Part shown: positions 56,892 through 64,000 of the stretch, piece after piece
How the letters are laid out: each line of letters begins with the position of its first letter
Position numbering within the stretch: position 1 is the stretch's first letter
Assembly (NCBI GenBank): GCA_016875535.1
Contig: VGPF01000007.1
Span: 7,998-71,997 of the forward strand
Direction: 5' to 3'
DNA: 64,000 nucleotides
From: Chloroflexota bacterium
Lineage (GTDB): Bacteria > Chloroflexota > Dehalococcoidia > SHYB01
The notes under the pieces: model-generated
What the model saw: the letters and a program-made list of their open reading frames with translations, nothing else
What the model was told of the DNA's origin: nothing
Database searches by the model: none
Made by a program: the position numbers and the translations under genes

Positions 56892-58373
56892 CTACGACCA
56901 GTGGATCGCCATCATCTCCGTATACTCGGCCACGCCGAACTTCCCACTCTCGCGGCCGATGCCGCTCTCCTTGAACCCGCCGAAGGGCGCCGTGCGGACG
57001 TTTGCGCCTGGGCCCACGCTGACGCTGCCCGCCCGCATCCGCCGCGCCATCTGTCTCCCCTTGGGCATATCGGTCGTGAAGATCGTCGCGCCCAGCCCGT
57101 AGGTTGTGTCGTTCGCGATGCGGATGGCGTCTGCCTCGTCCGTGTACGGGATCACGGAGACCACGGGGCCGAAGATCTCTTCCCGCGCGATCTTCATATC
57201 GTTGCGCACGTTCGCGAAAACCGTCGGCTCCACAAAGAAGCCCTTGGGCAGGTGCGCCGGCCGCTTGCCGCCTGTCACCAGCTCCGCTCCTTGCGCCTTC
57301 CCGGACGCGATGTACTCCTCGATCTTCGTCCGCCGCTCCTCGCGGATCACCGGCCCCATCATCACCTGCGGGTCCGCCGGGTCGCCCATCTTCACGTTCT
57401 TCAGCTGGTTCGCCATCTTCTGCACCAGCATATCGTGGTTCTTCCTGCTCACCAGGACGCGCGTCGTGTTCACGCAGCCCTGGCCGCTGTGCATGAAGGC
57501 CGGGGCGGAGGCCGCGGGGACCGCCATATCCAGGTTCGCGTCATCCAGGATGATGAGCGGCGATTTCCCGCCGAGCTCCAGGTGAACCCGCTTCAGCGTC
57601 TTGGAGCCCGCCTCCATGATCTTTTTCCCGGTGGCCACGCTCCCCGTGAAGCTGACCTTGTCCACCATGGGGCTGTCCACCAGCTCCGTGCTGATCTCCA
57701 CGCTCTCCCCCGTCACTACGTTAAAGACGCCGTGCGGCAGGTCGCTCTCCGCGACGCACTTTGCCAGCAGGAGATTCACCAGCGGCGCATAGGGCGGCGT
57801 CTTCACCACCATCGTGGCCCCTGCGGCCAGCGCCGGGCCCACTTTTTGGATCGTGGTGAAGAGCGGATAGTTCCAGGTGGGGATGAGGCCGCAGACTCCC
57901 ACGGGCGCGTAGTAGACCATGCTGTTGATCAGGCGTCCGCTCCCCGGCCCATGGCGCATCACGATGGGCGGCACCATCTCGTCGAACTCGAAGGTGGCGG
58001 CCAGGTCGGCGTAGTCGTACATGTGCTCGATCACCCAGTCCACGTTCACCATATAGGTATAGGCCTCGGCGCCCGCCTCCGCCGTCACGAGCCTCTTCAG
58101 CTCGTCCTTCCGCTTCGTCAGGCCGTCGGCGATCTGGCGGATGATGCGGGCGCGCTCCCGCTTGTCCGTGTGCGGCCAGGCCCCTTCGTCAAAGGCCTTC
58201 CGCGCCGCCTGGATTGCCTGCCGCATATCCTGCCTGCCCGCGTTCGGCGCCAGTCCCACCGGCTCCTCTGTGGCCGGGTTGATGACGGCATACGTCCTGC
58301 CGTCGGATGCGGACGTCCATTTCCCCTCTACGTACATCTGATAGGTTGGCGTTCGAGCCGCTGTCGTTGTCAT
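56892..58373 (-). CDS. Aldehyde dehydrogenase
   Basis: PTWNYP, FTGS, ELGGKSP, GQGC, EEIFGPV, PFGGFKESG. Confidence 0.95.
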   Translation of the reverse strand: MTTTAARTPTYQMYVEGKWTSASDGRTYAVINPATEEPVGLAPNAGRQDMRQAIQAARKAFDEGAWPHTDKRERARIIRQIADGLTKRKDELKRLVTAEAGAEAYTYMVNVDWVIEHMYDYADLAATFEFDEMVPPIVMRHGPGSGRLINSMVYYAPVGVCGLIPTWNYPLFTTIQKVGPALAAGATMVVKTPPYAPLVNLLLAKCVAESDLPHGVFNVVTGESVEISTELVDSPMVDKVSFTGSVATGKKIMEAGSKTLKRVHLELGGKSPLIILDDANLDMAVPAASAPAFMHSGQGCVNTTRVLVSRKNHDMLVQKMANQLKNVKMGDPADPQVMMGPVIREERRTKIEEYIASGKAQGAELVTGGKRPAHLPKGFFVEPTVFANVRNDMKIAREEIFGPVVSVIPYTDEADAIRIANDTTYGLGATIFTTDMPKGRQMARRMRAGSVSVGPGANVRTAPFGGFKESGIGRESGKFGVAEYTEMMAIHWS

Positions 58374-58406
58374 ATCCCCTCTCCTTGTCTCCTCTTGGGT
58401 TCTCTT

Positions 58407-59183
58407 CTAGCCCAGCATCACCAGTCCCGCATCCACGGGTATCGTCTGTCCCGTCACCATCGCGCTATCTTCCGAGGCCAGGTAGACCGCGGTCCCCGTC
58501 AGGTCCCACGGCTCCAGGCTCTTACCCAGGGCTGTCACGTTCTTCAGCCCGTCAATCATCTGCGGCGCCACCACCTTCTTCGTCGCCTCGGACATCGTCA
58601 CGCCGGGCGCGATGGCGTTCACTCGGATGTTGTACGGCCCGCCCGTCATCGCCATCATCTTCGTCAGGTATATGGCCCCTGACTTCGTCAGGCCGTAGTG
58701 GTAGGTCGAAAAGTTGCTCGCCTTGAACTTCATAGGCTGGGGCAGTACGTAGGCCGCGCCGGAGGAGATATTGATGATGCTCCCGCCGCCCTGGTCCTTC
58801 ATGATCGGGAAGACGGCCCTGCCGCAGATGATGATGCCGATGAGATTCACGTCAATCATCTTCCGCAGATAGGCGATGGACTGGTCCTTGGAGTCCATGT
58901 CGTAGTAGATGGCGGCATTGTTCACCAAGATATCCACCCGGCCGAAGCGGTCATAGACCTCCTTCGCCATGGCGTTGGCGCTCTCCTCGTTCGAAACATC
59001 GGCGCGGACCGCCAGCGCCTTGCCCCCTGCCTTGATGATCTCCGATTCCACCGCCTTCGCCTGCTCGATCCGCAGATCGGCTATGCCCACCGCCGCTCCC
59101 TCCTGCGCGAACCGCAGGCAGTACGCCCTGCCGATGCCCTGGGCGCCGCCCGTCACGATCGCCACCTTCCCTTTCAGTCGCAT
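58407..59183 (-). CDS. Short-chain dehydrogenase/reductase
   Basis: TGGAQGIG, NNA, YGLTK, TGQTIPVDAG; SD GGAGGTG. Confidence 0.92.
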   Translation of the reverse strand: MRLKGKVAIVTGGAQGIGRAYCLRFAQEGAAVGIADLRIEQAKAVESEIIKAGGKALAVRADVSNEESANAMAKEVYDRFGRVDILVNNAAIYYDMDSKDQSIAYLRKMIDVNLIGIIICGRAVFPIMKDQGGGSIINISSGAAYVLPQPMKFKASNFSTYHYGLTKSGAIYLTKMMAMTGGPYNIRVNAIAPGVTMSEATKKVVAPQMIDGLKNVTALGKSLEPWDLTGTAVYLASEDSAMVTGQTIPVDAGLVMLG

Positions 59184-59322
59184 GGCGCACCTCCACACGG
59201 GGCTCTGTCCCCAAAAGTGGGCGTAGTATGCCCACAGCCAGGATGAATTGCAATGAGGAAACGCGCCGTGTCTCTACGCCCGTCTCCTTGACGAACCATA
59301 TTGCCCCCTATACCCTCGAAGA

Positions 59323-61737
59323 GTGAAAGAGCACGGTCTGACGAAATACCTGCTCATCGCCATCTGGGGCGGCTTGGCCTTCCTTCTCTTGATGCCGTTC
59401 CTCATCGGCATTGACACCATCTTCCCCTACATCGTCCGCAAGTCCATCTTCGCCCGCGCCCTCATCGAGATCCTCGCCGGGCTCTGGCTCATCCTTATCC
59501 TGCACGACGGCCGCTACCGCCCCAAGCCCTCCTGGGTCATCTATGCCCTGTGCGCCTACCTCCTCCTCTCCGTCGTCTCCGCCGTCTTCGGCGTCAGCTT
59601 CAACCGCAGCATGTGGTCCACCTATGAGCGCATGATGGGCATCTGGGACCTCCTCCACTGGGTCGTCCTCGCCCTCATCCTCGCCTCCGTCATGCGCACC
59701 AGCCGTGCCTGGTTCTGGCTCTTCAACTGGAATCTCTTCCTCGTTCTCCTCCTCTGCCTCATCGGCTTTACAGAGATGTACGGCATAGGCAAAAAGGCCA
59801 TCCCTGAGGCTCTGAACGACTTCCTCTATCCGGAGCTCATCTATCGCGGCTGCGGCGGCAGGATCTGCGCCACCCTGGGCAACCCCTCCTTCCTCGCCGC
59901 CATCCTCGTCGTGAACATCCCCATCGCCGCAGGCCTCTTCGTCCGCTCTTTCTATCAGTCGAAAGAGCCCCCCGCTACTGGCAAAAAGCCGAAGGTCGCG
60001 CCCAGGAACTGGCCGCTGCTCCTCTCCAGGGCCTTCTGGGCGCTCTGCACTCTTACCTTCCTCTGGATCCTCTACCAGAACGGGACACGCGGCGCCTTCA
60101 TCGGCCTCGCCGCGGCGGCCCTTTTCCTGGGGGCGCTCGCCCTCTTCCGGGTCAACAAAGTGGCCCGCAAGCCGCTCCTCATCGTTGCGGCAGTCGTCTT
60201 CGGCGGCCTCTCGCTCCTCTACTTCTGGGACGTCTCCGTCAACATCCCTGCGCCCAAGGGATTGGTGACCAGCACCGCGGGAGAGCGCATCACCGTCAAC
60301 ATCGTCCAAGACGGCAGCGTGAAAGGACGCCTGATCGCCGCGCGCGCCGCGTTGCACGGCTTCGCCCAGCGTCCCGTCCTCGGCTGGGGGCCGGACAATT
60401 TCGCGGCGGCCTTTGATAAGAACGTCCGCGCCGAGGACTTCTATCTCGGCGAAAACTACGTGGACAACGCCCACAACAAGATCATCAATGACCTGGTGAC
60501 CGTCGGCCTCCTCGGCACCTTGGCCTATCTCGCCGTCTGGATCGCTCCCCTCTGGTTCGTCGTCCGTCGCAGGCGGCGGCCGGACCATGAGATCTTCACC
60601 TACGTCGTCCTCTGCGCTCTTGCCGCCTATTTCGTCCAGAACCTCCTCCTCTTTGATACGCCGGCCATGATCCTCCAGTGGACCCTCCTCGTCGGCTTCG
60701 TCGCCGCCCAAGAGCGCGGCTTCGAAGATGAGGCGCAGGAAGAGCCGAAGGCGCAACCCGCCAATGCGGCTCAAGCGCCTGCGCCGCGAAAGCAGTCCGC
60801 CGCCGCGATCCCGGTCCTAGACGGCTGGGCCTTCGGCGCAGCTGCAGTCCTTGTCATCGGCCTCTTCGCCTTCGCCGTCTATTTCTTCAACTACCGGACC
60901 TACCAGGCCGGGAAGCAATTCGAGCTGATGCTTGAAAGCGCCGGGGAATACAGCGTTGCGATTGATGCCGCTCAGCGGGCGCGTCCTGAGGATAGGCCTC
61001 CCATCCAGGCGGCCGCGAATCGCCTCTTCGATGCTCAGATCACGGCATTCGAAAAGACAACGAACCTGGCTCCCACGCTAGGGAATGAACCGCGCAGAGT
61101 CTTCTTCAGCTCCATCGTCAACCAATTGCGCACCCTCACGCCGGAACAGACAACAACGGCATTGAAGGCCTTCTCGAATGAATGGCCCCGCGGCATAGAT
61201 ATCGAGCCTAAGAACTTCCAGTATCTCCGCAGCGTTGTCTTTGTCTTCCAAAGCTTCAAGGGCACGCCCGAAACCTCCCAGGGCGTGGAGGTTCTTCTCG
61301 CCCGTCTTGAGCGGGTGGGCTCTGAGCGCTTCGAAGTCCCCTTCCACAAGGCCGTCCTTGATCTAGACCAGGGCCGGTACCAGCAAGGCATCGCCACCAT
61401 CGAGGCCTACCTGGACATCGTGCCCGAGATCCAGAAGAGCCTGATCCCTGTGGAAGAGCAGCTATGCAAGACCTTCTATGACGCCGACCGCAATGGCTTC
61501 TTCCAAACGCCCGTCTGCTTCAAGTTCATCATCACGCCTGAGGTCATCGAACGGCTCAAGCAAGAGGATGTCTCGCAACCCCAGATCTTCAAACGTCTCA
61601 TCGCCCACGCCTATTACACGGAAGACTACAAGCGCGTTGTGGCGATTTCGGATGCCTTCACATCCAGAGGCGGCGTGCTGGACAACGATATGCGCGAACT
61701 CACCGATAGGGCGCGCAGTCTCATCCCTGCCAGCTAG
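59323..61737 (+). CDS. O-antigen ligase-like (Wzy_C) membrane protein with large C-terminal soluble domain
   Basis: ATLGNPSFLA, GTRGAFIG, RPVLGWGPDNF, DNAHN; about 12-13 TM. Confidence 0.8.
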   Translation: MKEHGLTKYLLIAIWGGLAFLLLMPFLIGIDTIFPYIVRKSIFARALIEILAGLWLILILHDGRYRPKPSWVIYALCAYLLLSVVSAVFGVSFNRSMWSTYERMMGIWDLLHWVVLALILASVMRTSRAWFWLFNWNLFLVLLLCLIGFTEMYGIGKKAIPEALNDFLYPELIYRGCGGRICATLGNPSFLAAILVVNIPIAAGLFVRSFYQSKEPPATGKKPKVAPRNWPLLLSRAFWALCTLTFLWILYQNGTRGAFIGLAAAALFLGALALFRVNKVARKPLLIVAAVVFGGLSLLYFWDVSVNIPAPKGLVTSTAGERITVNIVQDGSVKGRLIAARAALHGFAQRPVLGWGPDNFAAAFDKNVRAEDFYLGENYVDNAHNKIINDLVTVGLLGTLAYLAVWIAPLWFVVRRRRRPDHEIFTYVVLCALAAYFVQNLLLFDTPAMILQWTLLVGFVAAQERGFEDEAQEEPKAQPANAAQAPAPRKQSAAAIPVLDGWAFGAAAVLVIGLFAFAVYFFNYRTYQAGKQFELMLESAGEYSVAIDAAQRARPEDRPPIQAAANRLFDAQITAFEKTTNLAPTLGNEPRRVFFSSIVNQLRTLTPEQTTTALKAFSNEWPRGIDIEPKNFQYLRSVVFVFQSFKGTPETSQGVEVLLARLERVGSERFEVPFHKAVLDLDQGRYQQGIATIEAYLDIVPEIQKSLIPVEEQLCKTFYDADRNGFFQTPVCFKFIITPEVIERLKQEDVSQPQIFKRLIAHAYYTEDYKRVVAISDAFTSRGGVLDNDMRELTDRARSLIPAS

Positions 61738-63167
61738 CGTCTCCCCTTAAGCAGCCAGGCCGTCGCCAGCCCAACCAGGCAGACCGCCGCCGCGACGACG
61801 AAGATCTCGTGGAAGAAGCTCAGCGTCGCCCTGCGCACCAGCTCCTCGTAGTGCTCGCTCTCCGCCGGCACGCGCCCCACCAGCGTCTGGAAGCGCTCCT
61901 TGCCCCAGGAGCTCAGGGCCGCCAGGCCCAAAATCATCCCCGTCATCCGCGTCACCGTCACCAGGGCCGCCGCCGTCGCGCGCTGCGCCGCCTCCGCCGC
62001 ATCCAGCGCCGCCACCGTCACCGGCGCGATGACCAGGCCGAAGCCCAGCCCTGTCAGCATCAGCTCCAGCGTCATCCTCGGGCCGCCCACATCCAGCGGC
62101 CATCTTCCAAGGAGGAAGAAGCCCGCCGCGCTGCACCCCAGGCCCGCGGCCAGGACGACGTGATGCCCCGCGCGCTGCGTCAGCCACCCGCCGATGATCG
62201 CTCCCACCGGGATCATCGCCGTCAGCCGCAGGAGCCGCAGGCCGCCCTCCAGGGGAGGCTGGCCCATGATCGTATCCGTCATCAGCGGGATATTGACCAG
62301 CGCCAGGATCAGCGCCCCGCCGATGAGCAGGTTCGCCGCGCTGGAGCCGATGATGGCGCGGTGCTTGAGAAGCCGCAGGGGCAGCAGCGCATCGCGGGAT
62401 GCGGCCTGCCGCGCCAGGAATGCCGCGAGGGCCGCGCCTCCCAGGGCCAGGAGCGCGATGCGCCAGCCGAACCCAGCGGGAAGGGCCGCCTCCCCGGAGA
62501 CGCCGATGGCGAGACAGGCGATGGCGGCGGCCGCCAGGCCGCCGCTCAGCATGTCGAGTCGTGACCCTGCCAGGCGGGGCCGCCCTGGGGCCTTGAGCAT
62601 CACCGCCAGCACCAGCGCGCCGATGGGGATGTTAATCCAGAAAAGCCACCGCCAGTCCACGAAGTGCAGGATGCCGCCGCCGTAGAGCGGCCCCAGCACC
62701 GAGCCCCCTTCGGCGACGGCGGCCACAAGGCCGATGGCCATGCCGCGCCTGGACGGGGGAAGCGTTTCGCTCGCTAGGGCCAGCGTCACGGGGATCAGCG
62801 CGCCGCCGCCGATGGCCTGCACCACCCGCGCCGCCACGATCCACGCCAGGCTATCGCCCAGGGCCACCAGCACGGAGCCCAGGATAAAGAGCAGCATCGC
62901 CCCGGCATAGGCGGGGCGATAGCCCAAGACATCGGCCGCGCGGCCCAAGAGCGGCAACGCGGCCGTGAAACCCACCAGATAGCCGTTGATCACCCATGCG
63001 CCCTCATCAATCCGCGTCACCGGAAGTTCGATATCGAGGAAGATTTCCGGCAGCGCCGTGACCACCACCGTCTGATCGAGTGAGGCGAGGAAGACGCCGA
63101 CGCAGGCGGCGATGAGGGCAATGGTGGGCGAAAGCGCGGCGGGTCCCTGGGCCTGGCGGGGCTTCAC
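61734..63167 (-). CDS. DHA2 MFS transporter, P55/Rv1410c-like
   Basis: LASLDQTVVVTALPEI...WVINGYLVGFTAALPLLGRAAD, GPLYGG, WLFWINIP. Confidence 0.85.
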   Translation of the reverse strand: MKPRQAQGPAALSPTIALIAACVGVFLASLDQTVVVTALPEIFLDIELPVTRIDEGAWVINGYLVGFTAALPLLGRAADVLGYRPAYAGAMLLFILGSVLVALGDSLAWIVAARVVQAIGGGALIPVTLALASETLPPSRRGMAIGLVAAVAEGGSVLGPLYGGGILHFVDWRWLFWINIPIGALVLAVMLKAPGRPRLAGSRLDMLSGGLAAAAIACLAIGVSGEAALPAGFGWRIALLALGGAALAAFLARQAASRDALLPLRLLKHRAIIGSSAANLLIGGALILALVNIPLMTDTIMGQPPLEGGLRLLRLTAMIPVGAIIGGWLTQRAGHHVVLAAGLGCSAAGFFLLGRWPLDVGGPRMTLELMLTGLGFGLVIAPVTVAALDAAEAAQRATAAALVTVTRMTGMILGLAALSSWGKERFQTLVGRVPAESEHYEELVRRATLSFFHEIFVVAAAVCLVGLATAWLLKGRR

Positions 63168-63174
63168 AGGCCTC

Positions 63175-63930
63175 CTATTGCGGCGCCGCGATGGCGAACG
63201 TCTGGTTGAAGCTGGAAAGCTCCAGCACCCGGCTCATCCCCGGCGGCTCGCCCTCCGAGATGCGGCCGAAGAGCTTCGCCTCCCGCATGAGGCTGTCCCG
63301 CGCGCCGATGAGGATATCCACGTCCACCCGGGCCCCTTCCAGCGCGCCCGTGGTCATGAACGCCACCGAGGTTGCCGGGATGCTGCCCTTCACCCGGTAC
63401 GTCTCCGCGCCGTCCGTCGCCGGGCCGGCCGATACCACCGGCCCGCTCATGCTCCGCATGATCTGCACAAGCCCCTTCTCCGCGTCCAGGAAGGCCAGGA
63501 GGCCCAGGGCATAGTCATAGGTCTGCCACCGGCCCGTGAGGGGATTGGTCACATAGGTGCGGTCGTTCGCGCTGATGACCTTCAGCTCCACAGGAAACCC
63601 GGCCACCCGGGCGGCGAACTGCGCCTCCATCTTGTCCGGGTGCACCAGCGACCCCTTCGCGCTCCTAAGAGCCAGGCCATCCGGCAGCGGCGTCTCGCCA
63701 TTCTCGTTCGTCAGGGAAAAGCGGATGGAGCGCACCTGGGCCATCGCCTGGGCCGACCTGGCAAGCAGCGTCTCCGCGGGCGGCAAACCCTCCCGGGACG
63801 ATGGCGCGCCCTCACTGCCGCAGGCCGTCGCCGCAAGGAGCGCGGCGCACGCCCCCGCCATGATGGAGAGCTGGAGGAAAAAGCCCCGCGCGCCTTGAAG
63901 AATCTTCGCCATGTACGGCATTATAGCCAC
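63175..63930 (-). CDS. LppX/LprAFG family lipoprotein
   Basis: Lipobox ATAC, LLARSAQAM...SIRFSL, YVTNPLTGRW, TYRVKG, LSSFNQTFAI.AP. Confidence 0.8.
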   Translation of the reverse strand: MAIMPYMAKILQGARGFFLQLSIMAGACAALLAATACGSEGAPSSREGLPPAETLLARSAQAMAQVRSIRFSLTNENGETPLPDGLALRSAKGSLVHPDKMEAQFAARVAGFPVELKVISANDRTYVTNPLTGRWQTYDYALGLLAFLDAEKGLVQIMRSMSGPVVSAGPATDGAETYRVKGSIPATSVAFMTTGALEGARVDVDILIGARDSLMREAKLFGRISEGEPPGMSRVLELSSFNQTFAIAAPQ

Positions 63931-64000
63931 TGGTAAGAACTGACTCTCCGGTCGACGCGTATCCTTTCTCGAGGCCTATGTGAAATCCCTTCGTCCGGTC

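Noticed and set aside
1-64000. CRISPR arrays, rRNA, IS transposases
   Set aside because: No regularly spaced repeat-spacer arrays, rRNA signatures or transposase ORFs were seen.

Overview
High-GC bacterial chromosomal segment. The gene mix (F420-type LLM oxidoreductase, PAC2, MshA/MshD-like genes, many Pro/Thr-linker lipoproteins, System I cytochrome c maturation) suggests an aerobic Chloroflexota, probably Dehalococcoidia-like (inference). It carries housekeeping genes (rpsL-rpsG-fusA', tRNA-Glu, argC, nth, tldD/tldE, glyA, rpsF-ssb-rpsR, thrC, folE, queG), a ccm operon, a caa3-type oxidase operon with ctaG/ctaB/ctaA, a HicBA toxin-antitoxin pair, an orphan D5/P4-type helicase and an LprG/P55-like pair. 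Signals missed or split by the ORF track: (1) two tandem, self-contained ~110-130 nt transcription units (promoter, very strong SD, small hairpin, terminator) encoding only the poly-lysine micropeptides MAAKKKAAKKKKK and MKKKKKK; (2) two paralogous lipoprotein redoxins with in-frame UGA (UxxC) and SECIS-like hairpins, one located in a ccm operon that has no ccmG in this window; (3) 9-bp-period inverted iterons inside the helicase 3' end; (4) three Rex/CRP-like boxes over respiratory promoters; (5) unusual oxidase subunits (Zn-ribbon-fused subunit IV, insertion in subunit III) and an HxxxF CcmE. No database searches or folding calculations were run.
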